DNA from: Alphaproteobacteria bacterium | GTDB lineage: Bacteria > Pseudomonadota > Alphaproteobacteria > GCA-2731375 | NCBI GenBank assembly: GCA_965232515.1 | Contig: CBDDPY010000002.1 | Span: forward strand, 4,384,001-4,448,000 | Length of the DNA stretch: 64,000 nucleotides | Direction of reading: 5' to 3' | Part shown: positions 20,551 through 31,046 of the stretch, piece by piece | Position numbering within the stretch: the stretch's first letter is position 1 | How the letters are laid out: each line of letters starts with the position of its first letter | Made by a program: the position numbers and the translations under genes | The notes under the pieces: generated by a model | Database searches by the model: none | The model's input: only the letters and a program-made list of their open reading frames with translations | What the model was told of the DNA's origin: nothing

Positions 20551-20892
20551 ATGGGAACCCCCGACATGGATCGAACCGATTATCTGCTGGTCGTGACATC
20601 GCGGCCGGAACCGGCCATCGAGGACGATTGGAACCGCTGGTACGCCGAGGTGCATCTGCCGGAAATCGCCGATTGCCCCGGCTTTGGCGCGGCGCGCCGC
20701 TATCGGCACGATGCGCCGGGCGAACGGAACTATCTGGCGGTCTATGAGGTCGACGGCCCCGAGGCGCTGCAGAGCGTCGAATTCAGCGCCCGCCGCGGCT
20801 GGGGGCCGTTCGCCGGCAAGGTCGAATGGACGACGCGCCTGTACCGGCGCATCGCGGAAACGGTACCCGACGGCGGTTCGCCTAAAGAATGA
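20551..20892 (+). CDS. EthD-like / dimeric alpha-beta barrel protein
   Basis: [26 protein letters not shown]; start at 20551 or 20566. Confidence 0.7.
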   Translation: MGTPDMDRTDYLLVVTSRPEPAIEDDWNRWYAEVHLPEIADCPGFGAARRYRHDAPGERNYLAVYEVDGPEALQSVEFSARRGWGPFAGKVEWTTRLYRRIAETVPDGGSPKE

Positions 20893-22189
20893 ACTTCGAG
20901 AGGTCGGCGTCCTTCGCCAGGTCGCCGATATGCTCGCGCACGAAGGCGGCGTCGATGGCGATGGTCTGATCCGGCTTGTCGCTGGCGGTGAAGCTGATGT
21001 CGTCCAGCACCCTTTCCAGGATCGTGTGCAGGCGCCGCGCGCCGATATTCTCGACGTTGTTGTTGACCTCGGCGGCGAGCTTGGCGAGCTCGTCGACGGC
21101 GTCCTCGGTAAACTCCAACGTGACCTTCTCGGTGCCCATCAGCGCGACATACTGCTTGATCAGGCTGAATTGCGGCTCGGTCAGGATGCGCTTGAAATCG
21201 TCCTCGGTCAGCGCCTTCAGCTCGACCCGGATCGGCAGCCGGCCCTGCAGCTCGGGCAGCAGGTCGGACGGTTTGGCCAGATGGAAGGCGCCCGACGCGA
21301 TGAACAGCACGTGGTCGGTCTTCACCGGCCCGTGCTTGGTCGACACCGTGGTGCCCTCGATCAGCGGCAGCAGGTCGCGCTGCACGCCCTCGCGGCTGAC
21401 ATCGGCGCCGGAGCGTTCGGCCCGCGCCGTGATCTTGTCGATCTCATCCAGGAAGACGATGCCGTTTTCTTCTACCGATGCGAGCGCTTCGCGCGTCAAT
21501 TGCTCGTCGTCGAGCAGCTTGTCGCTCTCCTCGGCCAGCAGGAGGTCGTAGGAATCCTCGACCGTGATGCGCTTGCGCTTGGTGCGGCCGCCGAAGGCCT
21601 TGCCCAGCATGTCGTTGAGGTTGAGCATGCCCATCTGCGCGCCCGGCATGCCGGGGATCTCGAACGTCGGCATGCCGCCGCCGGTATCGGCCAGATCGAG
21701 CTCGATTTCCTTCTTGTCGAGCTCGCCGGTGCGCAGCTTCTGGCGGAAGGCGTCGCGGGTCGACTTGCCGGCGTTTTCGCCGACCAGCGCGTCCAGCACG
21801 CGTTCCTCGGCGTTGAGCTCGGCCCGGGCCGTCACTTCCTTGCGCTTGCGCTCGCGCGCCATGCCGATCGACACCTCGACCAGATCGCGGATGATCTGCT
21901 CGACGTCGCGGCCGACATAGCCGACCTCGGTGAATTTCGTCGCTTCGACCTTGATGAACGGCGCGCCGGCGAGCCGGGCCAAGCGCCGGGAGATCTCGGT
22001 CTTGCCGACGCCGGTCGGGCCGATCATCAGGATGTTCTTGGGCAGCACTTCCTCGCGCAGGCCCTCGTCCAGCTGCATGCGCCGCCAGCGGTTGCGCAGC
22101 GCGATGGCGACGGCGCGCTTGGCGTCGTTCTGGCCGATAATGAAGCGGTCGAGCTCGGAGACGATCTCGCGGGGACTGAAGGCGGTCAT
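20882..22189 (-). CDS. hslU: ATP-dependent protease ATPase subunit HslU
   Basis: [46 protein letters not shown]; true start is ATG 22189. Confidence 0.98.
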   Translation of the reverse strand: MTAFSPREIVSELDRFIIGQNDAKRAVAIALRNRWRRMQLDEGLREEVLPKNILMIGPTGVGKTEISRRLARLAGAPFIKVEATKFTEVGYVGRDVEQIIRDLVEVSIGMARERKRKEVTARAELNAEERVLDALVGENAGKSTRDAFRQKLRTGELDKKEIELDLADTGGGMPTFEIPGMPGAQMGMLNLNDMLGKAFGGRTKRKRITVEDSYDLLLAEESDKLLDDEQLTREALASVEENGIVFLDEIDKITARAERSGADVSREGVQRDLLPLIEGTTVSTKHGPVKTDHVLFIASGAFHLAKPSDLLPELQGRLPIRVELKALTEDDFKRILTEPQFSLIKQYVALMGTEKVTLEFTEDAVDELAKLAAEVNNNVENIGARRLHTILERVLDDISFTASDKPDQTIAIDAAFVREHIGDLAKDADLSKFIL

Positions 22190-22743
22190 GAGGTCAGCTG
22201 TTCGACAATGATGTTTTCGTTGGTATAGACGCATATATCGGCCGCGACCGACATGGCCCGCCGCGCGATTGCCTCGGCGTCCATGTCGTCCCGGTCGATC
22301 AGCGCGCGGGCCGCCGCCAGCGCGTAGTTGCCGCCCGAGCCGATGCCGATCAGACCGTCCTCCGGCTCCAGTACGTCGCCGGTGCCGGTCAGCACCAGGC
22401 TGACGTTTTTGTCGACCACCGCCATCATGGCTTCCAGGCGGCGCAGAAAGCGGTCGGTGCGCCAGTCCTTGGCCAACTCGACGCAGGCCCGCGTCAGGTT
22501 GCCGGGATGCTGCTCCAGCTTGGCCTCCAGCCGCTCGAACAGCGTGAAGGCGTCGGCCGTGGCGCCGGCAAAGCCGCTGATAACCTCGCCGTGCGCCAGG
22601 CGGCGGACCTTTTTGGCGTTCGATTTGATCACGGTCTGGCCCAGGCTGACCTGGCCGTCGCCCGTGACGACGACGCTGTCGCCCTTGCGCACGGACAGGA
22701 TGGTGGTCCCGTGCCACTGTTGGCTCTGCTCTGACTGCACCAA
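22186..22743 (-). CDS. hslV: ATP-dependent protease subunit HslV
   Basis: [31 protein letters not shown]. Confidence 0.98.
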   Translation of the reverse strand: MVQSEQSQQWHGTTILSVRKGDSVVVTGDGQVSLGQTVIKSNAKKVRRLAHGEVISGFAGATADAFTLFERLEAKLEQHPGNLTRACVELAKDWRTDRFLRRLEAMMAVVDKNVSLVLTGTGDVLEPEDGLIGIGSGGNYALAAARALIDRDDMDAEAIARRAMSVAADICVYTNENIIVEQLTS

Positions 22744-22794
22744 TGGAATCCTCGGTCAATGACGCTGCCTGGCCCCACGGCAGCGACCCCCACG

Positions 22795-22822
22795 ATGTAA
22801 GGCCGAAGGGGTAGGCGTCAAG
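22795..22822 (-). promoter_or_regulatory. Putative RpoH (sigma32) promoter of hslVU
   Basis: Minus strand CTTGAC-N15-CTTACAT, matching the alphaproteobacterial RpoH consensus CTTGAA-N15/16-CCTATAT. Confidence 0.6.
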
Positions 22823-22934
22823 TGCATGCGCGAGGTGCGGCCCGACGTGCTGGCGGGGCGGGCGGGTTCCTGCTATACCGCCGGCCTGATTACCGCCAGT
22901 TTATCGCATTTTCGGGCAGTGGAGACGCGGCGCC

Positions 22935-23534
22935 ATGCGCCAGGCCAGCATCGAACGCAAGACCAAGGAAACCGAGATCACGGCGACCGTCAACCTGGAC
23001 GGCAGCGGGACTTACGATGTCGAGACCGGCATCGGCTTCCTCGACCATATGCTGGAGCAACTCTCGCGCCATAGCCTGATCGACCTGACGCTTCGGGCCA
23101 AGGGCGACCTGCATATCGATTTCCACCACACCACCGAGGACACCGGCATCGTCATCGGCGAGGCGGTGAGCAAGGCGCTGGGCGACCGCGCCGGCATTAC
23201 GCGCTATGCCGATGCGCTGATTCCCATGGACGAGACGCTGACGCGGGTGGCGCTCGACGTCTCCAATCGGCCGTACCTGATCTGGAAGGTGAACTTCTCC
23301 AAGCCGAAGCTGGGCGACATGGACACCGAGCTGTTTAAGGAATGGTTTCAGGCCTTCGCCCAGCAGGCCGGCATCACGCTGCATGTCGAGAACCTCTACG
23401 GCGAGAACAACCACCATATCGTCGAGAGCTGTTACAAAGGTCTGGCCCGCAGCCTGCGCCGGGCGATCGAGATCGACCCGCGCAAGGCCAACGCCGTGCC
23501 CTCGACCAAGGGCGTGCTCGGCGGCTCGCTTTAG
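22935..23534 (+). CDS. hisB: Imidazoleglycerol-phosphate dehydratase
   Basis: [34 protein letters not shown]. Confidence 0.98.
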   Translation: MRQASIERKTKETEITATVNLDGSGTYDVETGIGFLDHMLEQLSRHSLIDLTLRAKGDLHIDFHHTTEDTGIVIGEAVSKALGDRAGITRYADALIPMDETLTRVALDVSNRPYLIWKVNFSKPKLGDMDTELFKEWFQAFAQQAGITLHVENLYGENNHHIVESCYKGLARSLRRAIEIDPRKANAVPSTKGVLGGSL

Positions 23535-23564
23535 CCGGCCGGCAAGGAGCGGCGGGAGCGCGAG

Positions 23565-24014
23565 ATGATGCGCGTCTATACGGTGATGGACCGCACGGCG
23601 CCGGCGGGTGACGATCCCGACGTGGTGCTGGTCAAGGAGGGCATCTGCTGGCCGGCCTTGGTAATCCCGGTCATCTGGATGCTGTTCCGCCGGCAATGGA
23701 TCGGCCTGTTGGCCTATGTGACGCTGGGCTTGGCGCTCGCCTCGGCCGGCGCGCTGTTGGGATTGCACGAGATGTTGCAATCGTTTTTGGCCTTCGGTCT
23801 GAACGTTCTGGTGGCCGTCATGGCGAACGATTGGCGCCGCTGGCGGCTGGAAGCGGCCGGTTATGTCATGCGCGGGGTTGTCGCAGCGCCGAACCCCGCC
23901 GAGGCCGAGGCGCGGCTGTTTTCCGGCCCGTGGTTGGACGAATACCGCGCCCGGCAGGCGGCCGGCGCGCGGCCGGCGACGAGCTTTCTCGATCCGCAGA
24001 CGGTGCTGCCATGA
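23565..24014 (+). CDS. DUF2628-like membrane protein
   Basis: LVKEG..WPA, two TM helices, WRRWRLE..GY; usual position between hisB and hisH. Confidence 0.75.
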   Translation: MMRVYTVMDRTAPAGDDPDVVLVKEGICWPALVIPVIWMLFRRQWIGLLAYVTLGLALASAGALLGLHEMLQSFLAFGLNVLVAVMANDWRRWRLEAAGYVMRGVVAAPNPAEAEARLFSGPWLDEYRARQAAGARPATSFLDPQTVLP

Positions 24015-24652
24015 CCACCGCGATTATCGACTACGGGTCCGGCAACCTGAGATCGGCAGCAAAAGCGTTCGCCCGGGCGGCGGCCGAAACCGGCGGCGAT
24101 GCCGAGGTGGCGGTGACCGCCGATCCCGACGTGGTGGCGCGGGCGGACCGGATCGTGCTGCCGGGCGTGGGCGCTTTCGCTGATTGCCGCGCCGGTCTGT
24201 TGACGTTGGCGGGTATGCGCGATGCGCTCGACGAGGCGGTGCGGCAGCGCGGCCGGCCGTTCCTTGGCATCTGCGTCGGCATGCAACTGATGGCGACGCG
24301 GGGTCTCGAGCATGGCTGTCACGACGGCTTCGACTGGATCCCGGGCGACGTCGTGGCGCTGACGCCTGACGATCCGACCTTGAAGGTGCCGCAGATCGGC
24401 TGGAACGACCTGCATATCGACCGCGCGCATCCGGTGCTGGCCGGCCTCGGTGGTGAGGATGCCTACGTCTATTTCGTGCACAGCTATTATCTGGCGGCGG
24501 GGTCCGAGCATGTGTTGGCGCACATCGACTACGGCGGGCGCGTGGCGGCGGTGGTCGGCCGCGACAATCTGGTCGGCACGCAGTTCCATCCGGAAAAGAG
24601 CCAGACGCTGGGCCTACGGCTGATCGCCAACTTCCTCGCCTGGACGCCATGA
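24011..24652 (+). CDS. hisH: Imidazole glycerol phosphate synthase glutaminase subunit
   Basis: [37 protein letters not shown]. Confidence 0.97.
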   Translation: MTTAIIDYGSGNLRSAAKAFARAAAETGGDAEVAVTADPDVVARADRIVLPGVGAFADCRAGLLTLAGMRDALDEAVRQRGRPFLGICVGMQLMATRGLEHGCHDGFDWIPGDVVALTPDDPTLKVPQIGWNDLHIDRAHPVLAGLGGEDAYVYFVHSYYLAAGSEHVLAHIDYGGRVAAVVGRDNLVGTQFHPEKSQTLGLRLIANFLAWTP

Positions 24653-25374
24653 TCCTCTATCCCGCCATCGACCTGAAGGACGGCGCCTGCGTGCGTCTGC
24701 TGCGCGGCGATATGGCGCGGGCGACTGTGTTCAATACCGATCCGGCGGCGCAGGCGCGAGCGTTCCAGGATGCCGGGTTCGAACGCCTGCATCTCGTCGA
24801 CCTGAACGGCGCCTTCGAGGGCCGTCCGGTGAACGCCGAGGCGGTGGCCGCGATCCTGGCCGCGATCGACATGCCGGTGCAACTCGGCGGCGGCATCCGC
24901 GACAACGACACGGTCGAGATGTGGCTCGAGGCCGGCGTCGGACGGGTCATTCTGGGCACGCTGGCGCTGCGCGAACCTGATCTGGTGAAAGCGATCTGCG
25001 CCCGCTTTCCAGACCGTATCGCCGTCGGCATCGACGCGCGCGACGGCCGGGTCGCGGTTGAGGGCTGGGCCGAGCAGTCGGACATGACCGCGCTCGATCT
25101 GGCGCGGCGCTTCGAGGACGCCGGCGTCGCCGCGGTGATCTATACCGACATCGACCGCGACGGCGCGCTGCAGGGCGTGAATGTCGAGGCGACGGCGGGG
25201 CTGGCGGAAAACCTGTCCATGCCGGTGATCGCGTCCGGCGGCGTCAGCAGCCTCGACGATCTCAAGGCGCTGAAGGCCGTGGCCGCTACCGGGATCGAAG
25301 GCGTGATCAGCGGCCGGGCGCTTTATGACGGCCGCCTCGATCCGCGCGCGGCTTTGGATCTGCTGGCGGCCTGA
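24649..25374 (+). CDS. hisA: ProFAR isomerase
   Basis: [33 protein letters not shown]. Confidence 0.98.
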   Translation: MILYPAIDLKDGACVRLLRGDMARATVFNTDPAAQARAFQDAGFERLHLVDLNGAFEGRPVNAEAVAAILAAIDMPVQLGGGIRDNDTVEMWLEAGVGRVILGTLALREPDLVKAICARFPDRIAVGIDARDGRVAVEGWAEQSDMTALDLARRFEDAGVAAVIYTDIDRDGALQGVNVEATAGLAENLSMPVIASGGVSSLDDLKALKAVAATGIEGVISGRALYDGRLDPRAALDLLAA

Positions 25375-25390
25375 GCGCGGTGACGACGCG

Positions 25391-26149
25391 ATGCTGACGA
25401 AACGGGTGATTCCCTGCCTCGACGTGAAAGACGGGCGCGTCGTCAAGGGCGTGAACTTTGTCGATCTGCGCGACGCGGGCGACCCGGTCGAGCAGGCGCG
25501 ACTCTATGATCGCGAGGGCGCCGACGAGCTCTGCTTTCTCGACATCACGGCGTCGTCCGACGACCGCGCGATCCTCTATGACGTGGTTGCGGCGACAGCC
25601 GAGCAGTGCTTCATGCCTTTGACCGTCGGCGGCGGCGTGCGCGTGGTCGACGACGTGCGCAAGCTGCTGCTGGCCGGCGCCGACAAGGTCTCGATCAACA
25701 CCGCGGCCGTGCACCGGCCTGAGTTCGTCGCCGAGGCGGCGCGCAAGTTCGGCACGCAATGCATCGTTGTCGCCATCGACGCCAAGCGCAACGATGCCGG
25801 CGGCTTCGAGGTCTTCACCCATGGCGGCCGCAACGCCACCGGGATCGAGGCGGTCGGCTGGGCCCGGCGCATGGTCCAGCTCGGCGCCGGCGAGCTCTTG
25901 CTGACTTCCATGGATCGGGACGGCACAAAACAGGGCTTCGATCTCGAGCTGACGCGCGCGATCAGCGACGCCGTTTCCGTGCCGGTGATCGCATCCGGCG
26001 GCGTCGGCACGCTGGACCATCTGGTCGAGGGCGTGCGCGAGGGCCATGCCGACGCGGTGCTGGCCGCGTCGATCTTTCATTTCGGCGAGCATTCGATCCG
26101 CGACGCGAAGGCGCATATGCGGGCCGCAGGACTGCCGGTACGGATGTAG
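25391..26149 (+). CDS. hisF: Imidazole glycerol phosphate synthase cyclase subunit
   Basis: [36 protein letters not shown]. Confidence 0.98.
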   Translation: MLTKRVIPCLDVKDGRVVKGVNFVDLRDAGDPVEQARLYDREGADELCFLDITASSDDRAILYDVVAATAEQCFMPLTVGGGVRVVDDVRKLLLAGADKVSINTAAVHRPEFVAEAARKFGTQCIVVAIDAKRNDAGGFEVFTHGGRNATGIEAVGWARRMVQLGAGELLLTSMDRDGTKQGFDLELTRAISDAVSVPVIASGGVGTLDHLVEGVREGHADAVLAASIFHFGEHSIRDAKAHMRAAGLPVRM

Positions 26150-26153
26150 ATCA

Positions 26154-26669
26154 ATGCCGACGCTCTGTCTGCTGCGGCACGCCAAGTCCGCCTGGGACGA
26201 TCCGACGCTCGACGATCACGACCGGCCGCTGCAGGCGCGCGGCGAACGCGCGGCGGTGCTGATGGGACAGTTTATGCGTCAGCAGGACATCCGTCCCGAC
26301 CTGGTGCTGTGCTCGTCGGCGCGGCGGGCGCAGGACACCTGGGCCCTGGCGGCGACCCGGCTGCCCGGCAGCCAGGCATTGTCAGTCGAACGCGAGCTCT
26401 ACCTTAGCGGCGCGACGGAGCTGCTGGAACGCTTGCAGTCGTTGCCGCGCAGCGCCGAGACGGTGGTGTTGGTGGCGCATCAGCCCGATATGCAGGACTT
26501 GGCGCTGATGCTGGTCGATGACGGTCCGGCCGACGATCTCGAGCGCCTGCAGGAGAAGTTTCCGACGGCCGGCCTCGCTGTCATTGCGGCGCCTGGAAAG
26601 GACTGGCGCGGTCTGAAACCCGGTTCGGCGCGTCTGGAGCTCTTCGCGGCACCGAAAAGCCTGGTCTGA
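26154..26669 (+). CDS. SixA-like histidine phosphatase
   Basis: LLRHAKSAWD, DHDRPL, CSSARRAQDT, VAHQP, KFPTAG. Confidence 0.88.
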   Translation: MPTLCLLRHAKSAWDDPTLDDHDRPLQARGERAAVLMGQFMRQQDIRPDLVLCSSARRAQDTWALAATRLPGSQALSVERELYLSGATELLERLQSLPRSAETVVLVAHQPDMQDLALMLVDDGPADDLERLQEKFPTAGLAVIAAPGKDWRGLKPGSARLELFAAPKSLV

Positions 26670-26750
26670 ACCGCGCCGCGGCCCATGTCATAAAACTGTA
26701 ACAGTGCTGTCGTTGCCACGGCAGGACCCGCGTCTTAACGTGCCCGCACG

Positions 26751-28331
26751 TTGGAGGCGTGTGCTGGGGGTTCCGGCTTGGACGATCGCGAGATCGAACT
26801 GAAGCTACAGATCGCGGCCGAGGACATGGCGCGTCTGCGCCGCAACCCGGCGCTGCGGGCGATGACCGACGGCCGTCCGGTCACGCGCCGCCTGCGCTCG
26901 GTCTATTTCGACACACCGAAACTGCAGTTGTGGAAGAAGCGCGTGACCCTGCGGCTGCGTCAGATCGGCAAACGCCAGGTGCAGACCATCAAGGCCAACG
27001 GCGTCGGCCGCGTCGGCGTGACCGACCGCAACGAATGGGAAAAGGACGTCAACGGCGACAGTCCGGATCTGGCCGCGACCTGCGAACCGCTGGTCGCCGA
27101 ACTGCTGCAGAAGCCCAAGGTGAAGCGCCGCATCGCGCCGGCGTTCGAGACGGATATTCGCCGGACCACGCGCCTGCTGAATGCGCCGGGTGGCGGCCGC
27201 ATCGAGCTGGCGATCGACGTCGGCGAGATCCGGCGCGGCGACAGCTGGCTGTCGATCTCGGAAGCCGAGTTGGAGCTGAAGCGCGGCCGGCCCGGCCAGC
27301 TCTATGACGTGGCCCGCATGCTGAACGACGTGGTGCCTGTGCGGATCGGGTCTGCCAGCAAGGCCGAACGCGGTTTTTCCATGCTGACCGGCCAGCCGCC
27401 GCGGCCGTCGCGGGCGAGCCCGCTGGTGCTGGATCCGGCGATGAGCACGGACGACGCCTTCCACGATGTGGTCTGCGCCTGTGTCGATCACCTGATGCGC
27501 AACGAGGCGCCCTTCGTGCAAGCCCGCGATCCCGATGGCGTGCACCAGATGCGGGTTGCCCTGCGGCGTCTGCGCACGGCGTGCAGTGTGTTCGGCGATC
27601 TGGTGGCGTCGCCGGAGACCGAGGCCATCGAGGCAGAGGCGCGATGGCTGTCCGGCGCATTGGGTCTGGCGCGCGATCTCGATGTTTTCGTCGACGGCAT
27701 TCTGGCCGGCGTGCTGGCCGCCAAGGGCAAGGACAAGCGGCTGTTGGCTTTGCGCGATGCGGCGGTCTCGCTGCGCAAAGCGAGCCGGCGCGACGCTTTG
27801 CACGCCATCGGGTCGCCGCGCTATACGGCGTTTTTGCTGCGCCTCGGCGCCTGGGCGGCGGATCGTCGTTGGCGGCGTAAAGGCGATACCGCGCAACAGG
27901 CGCTTCTGGCCGCGCCGGTCACCGAGGCGGCGCAGCGGATGCTCGAGCGGCGCTACCGCAAGCTCGCCAAGTTGGGCCGCCGGATTGAAGATCTGGACGA
28001 GGCCGACCGACACCGGCTGCGGATCAGCGCCAAGAAATTGCGCTATACGGGCGAGTTTTTTGCCAGCCTTTATGCGAAAAAACCCGCCACGGCGTTTCTG
28101 GCCCAGCTCTCGGCGTTGCAGGATTCGCTCGGCGCGCTCAGCGATGGCGTTGTCGCGCGCACCGTCATGGAGCAGATTGTCGAGAACCCGCCCGCGAATG
28201 GCCGGGAAAAGGACCTGCAGTGGGCGGTCGGCATGGTGACCGGCTGGCACGATCGCCAGGTGAACAAGAAATGGTCCAAGGTGGCCCGGCAATGGCAGGG
28301 CCTGCGGAAACAGCCGAAGTTCTGGCGCTGA
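26751..28331 (+). CDS. CYTH + CHAD domain protein (inorganic triphosphatase / polyphosphate-binding)
   Basis: EIELKL, YFDT, LRLR, ELELK, SKAERG (CYTH); VHQMRVALRRLR, RDLDV, HRLRISAKKLRY, LQDSLG (CHAD); start may be TTG 26778. Confidence 0.9.
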   Translation: MEACAGGSGLDDREIELKLQIAAEDMARLRRNPALRAMTDGRPVTRRLRSVYFDTPKLQLWKKRVTLRLRQIGKRQVQTIKANGVGRVGVTDRNEWEKDVNGDSPDLAATCEPLVAELLQKPKVKRRIAPAFETDIRRTTRLLNAPGGGRIELAIDVGEIRRGDSWLSISEAELELKRGRPGQLYDVARMLNDVVPVRIGSASKAERGFSMLTGQPPRPSRASPLVLDPAMSTDDAFHDVVCACVDHLMRNEAPFVQARDPDGVHQMRVALRRLRTACSVFGDLVASPETEAIEAEARWLSGALGLARDLDVFVDGILAGVLAAKGKDKRLLALRDAAVSLRKASRRDALHAIGSPRYTAFLLRLGAWAADRRWRRKGDTAQQALLAAPVTEAAQRMLERRYRKLAKLGRRIEDLDEADRHRLRISAKKLRYTGEFFASLYAKKPATAFLAQLSALQDSLGALSDGVVARTVMEQIVENPPANGREKDLQWAVGMVTGWHDRQVNKKWSKVARQWQGLRKQPKFWR

Positions 28332-28451
28332 ACCGGCCCCTTCCCTAAAATCCGCCGCCGTCCAATACTAGGCCAATGCCGAATCGGGTCCCGATATTGC
28401 GGCCGGTCTCGCGTCGGTTGCGACGGCAGATCTTGATAGGAAGGAAACGGC

Positions 28452-28802
28452 TTGGCGAAATCCAAGAACGGCGATGTCGCGGTGCTCGAACACCTGTTCG
28501 AGGTGATCGAGAGCCGCCGCGACGCCGACCCGACGGTCTCGCACACCGCGCGGATGTTCGAGAAGGGGCTGAACAAGATCGCCCAGAAGGTCGGCGAGGA
28601 AGCGACCGAGACCGTGGTCGCAGCATTGGCCGAATCGCGCGAGGCACTGGTCGCCGAAAGCGCCGATCTGCTCTACCACCTGCTGTTGCTGTGGTCGGTG
28701 AAGGGCGTGAAGCCGGCCGAGGTATATGCCGAGCTGCGCGGGCGGGCGAATCGGCCGGCGAAACCCGTCGCGACCACCGACGGCGGGGCCAAGGGCAAGT
28801 AG
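28452..28802 (+). CDS. hisE: Phosphoribosyl-ATP diphosphatase
   Basis: SHTA, KIAQKVGEEATE, ESADLLYHL. Confidence 0.95.
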   Translation: MAKSKNGDVAVLEHLFEVIESRRDADPTVSHTARMFEKGLNKIAQKVGEEATETVVAALAESREALVAESADLLYHLLLLWSVKGVKPAEVYAELRGRANRPAKPVATTDGGAKGK

Positions 28803-28846
28803 CAGACGACAGCAGCCGCGGCCGGCAGTTCAGGAACGGAGTATCG

Positions 28847-29215
28847 ATGGCTTACGATCCGGAGAACATCTTCGCCAAGATCCTGCGCGGCGAAATCCCG
28901 TGCAAGAAGGTCTATGAGGACGATTGGGCGCTTGCATTTCACGACATCAATCCGCTGATGCCGGTGCATGTGCTGGTGATCCCGAAGGGTCCGTACGTCA
29001 GCCTGGACGATTTCAGCGCCAAGGCTTCGGCCGACGAACTCGGCGGTTTCCTGAAGGCGGTCGGCGAGGTCGCGCGCACGATGGGTGTCGAGGAAAGCGG
29101 CTACCGCATCGTTGCCAACAGCGGCGCGGATGCGAATCAGGAAGTGCCGCATTTTCACGTGCATGTCTTCGGCGGCCGGCGCATCGGCGGCCGCATGATC
29201 AAGCCCCAGGACTAA
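28847..29215 (+). CDS. Histidine triad (HIT) nucleotide-binding protein
   Basis: YDPENIFAKILRGEIP, QEVPHFHVH. Confidence 0.95.
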   Translation: MAYDPENIFAKILRGEIPCKKVYEDDWALAFHDINPLMPVHVLVIPKGPYVSLDDFSAKASADELGGFLKAVGEVARTMGVEESGYRIVANSGADANQEVPHFHVHVFGGRRIGGRMIKPQD

Positions 29216-29228
29216 CCGGAAATCCGAT

Positions 29229-30965
29229 CTAGGCCGAGACCGCGCCGGCGTTCGCTTCGCCGCGGCGGTTCTTTCGGTTGTTCTCGCGCGTCTGTTCCGG
29301 CAGATCGGCCGCCTTGTCGATGACATAGACGCTCATCGTCTCGGCCCGGCCGCGGACCTGGATCTGATGTTCGGAGAAGTCGGCCGCATCCACACCGGCG
29401 GCGTCGGTGACGGTCCGGCTCAGGATCAGCTGGCTCTTGAACTCCTTGGTCATCGCCTCGAGCCGGCTCGCGGTGTTGACCGAATCGCCGATCGCGGTCA
29501 CCGAGGTGGCGGCGCGAAAGCCCATCTCGCCAACAATTGCTGGCCCCGCATGGATGCCGATACCCATGCGCAGAGGCTCGTCGAGCTCGTTCTTCAGATT
29601 GTCGTTAAGCTCGTCGAGCGCCCGGCCCATGGCGCGGGCCGCGTTGATCGCGTCGCGGCAGCCCTGCTCCAGGCCGTTGTCGACGCCGAACAGCGCCATC
29701 ACGCCGTCGCCGATGAACTTGTCGAGACGACCGCCGGCGGTCTCGACCGCGGTGCCCATCAGCCGGAAATACTGGTTGATCACGAAGACCACGTCGTAGG
29801 GCAGCTTGCTCTCCGAGAATTTCGTGAACGAGCGCAGGTCGGCGAACAGGATGGCGATCTCGCGCTCGCTGCCCTGCAGGTATTGCGGCTTTCGGAAGCC
29901 GTCCTTCGGCTGCGCTGTCGCCGGCAGCAACGGGATGACCGTGACGTCCTGATTCGGTCTGAGCTGGCAGGCGAGCCGCACGTTCACCGGCGCCGCCACC
30001 CGGCGCAGCACCTTGACCTCCTCGTCGCTCGGCGCCGGCAAGCCGACGCTGCCCATGGCGATGCGCACGCGGCAGGTCGAGCAGCGGCCGCGGCCGCCGC
30101 AGACCGACGCATGCGGGATGCCGGCCTGGCGGCTGACATCCAGCACCGAGTAGCCCTGCTCGACGGTCACGCTGCGGCCGTCAGGATAGGAGACGGTGAC
30201 GCGCCGCTTGCGGCGTTCCCACAGCGCCCGGCCGAAGCGCAGCAGCAGCACGGCGCCGATGGTGATCGCCGTACCAAGGCGTGTCGTGTCTGCCCGCGCG
30301 TAAACCCATTCGACCGCCTCAGGTCCCGGCAGATTGATCAGCGCCAGGGTCTGATCGCGCCATAACGGGTCTTTGATCAGGAAGGCGGCCTGCTTGCCCG
30401 CGGCGGCGAACCCCGACAGAGCGGCCGCCGGCAGCAATAGCGCCGCCGCGAACAGGTACGGCTGCAGCTGCAGATAGGCCGGCTTCAGGCGCAGCCAATA
30501 GTGCAGGCCAAGGCAGCCATGGATCCAGACCACCAGCACGGCCAGCGATTGCAGCACGCCCTGCTGCCAGTCCCAGACCCAGAGTGACAGCACAACATAG
30601 GCATAGGTGTCGTTCAGGCCGTAGATCTCGTGCGCGCCACGGTTCGCGATGATATGCGTCGCCAGCATGATCGGGATAACGGCGCCGAATACCACCTGCA
30701 CCGCTTCGCCGAACGGCATGCGCAACGTGCGCCGCCGGAACAGCGCATACAGGACCGACAGGACGTGCAGCACCAGCGCGCCATAGAGCAACACCGTGCC
30801 GACCGGATTGCGCCAGACCGCCAGAAACAAGCGACGCCCGGCCTCCATGGCGTCGAGCGAGATGTTGCCCAGCGCGTGGTTCAGGAAGTGCGTGACGACG
30901 AAGACGAAGAGCAGGCAGCCGGTCCAGAGCCGAATCTTCGGTATGAGGTCTTTCGCCGACAACAC
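29229..30965 (-). CDS. Class III adenylate/guanylate cyclase with His-rich membrane domain and 2Fe-2S ferredoxin (CyaC-like)
   Basis: TM His residues (THFLNH, LHV, THI, IHGCLGLH); CGGRGRCSTC..RLACQ; FADLRSFT, KFIGDGVMALF, GDSVNTASRLE. Confidence 0.9.
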   Translation of the reverse strand: MLSAKDLIPKIRLWTGCLLFVFVVTHFLNHALGNISLDAMEAGRRLFLAVWRNPVGTVLLYGALVLHVLSVLYALFRRRTLRMPFGEAVQVVFGAVIPIMLATHIIANRGAHEIYGLNDTYAYVVLSLWVWDWQQGVLQSLAVLVVWIHGCLGLHYWLRLKPAYLQLQPYLFAAALLLPAAALSGFAAAGKQAAFLIKDPLWRDQTLALINLPGPEAVEWVYARADTTRLGTAITIGAVLLLRFGRALWERRKRRVTVSYPDGRSVTVEQGYSVLDVSRQAGIPHASVCGGRGRCSTCRVRIAMGSVGLPAPSDEEVKVLRRVAAPVNVRLACQLRPNQDVTVIPLLPATAQPKDGFRKPQYLQGSEREIAILFADLRSFTKFSESKLPYDVVFVINQYFRLMGTAVETAGGRLDKFIGDGVMALFGVDNGLEQGCRDAINAARAMGRALDELNDNLKNELDEPLRMGIGIHAGPAIVGEMGFRAATSVTAIGDSVNTASRLEAMTKEFKSQLILSRTVTDAAGVDAADFSEHQIQVRGRAETMSVYVIDKAADLPEQTRENNRKNRRGEANAGAVSA

Positions 30966-31046
30966 CCGATCCCCGATCGCTTTTCCAATGCCCGTCTAGC
31001 GCCCGCCGTTGCCGAGGACCGAAATGGGCGGCGGCACGGCCGGCGC

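Noticed and set aside
22190-22759. Apparent N-terminal extension of HslU (625-aa ORF) suggesting an HslV-HslU fusion
   Set aside because: The extension is an alternative frame over hslV; canonical HslU starts at ATG 22189, overlapping the hslV stop
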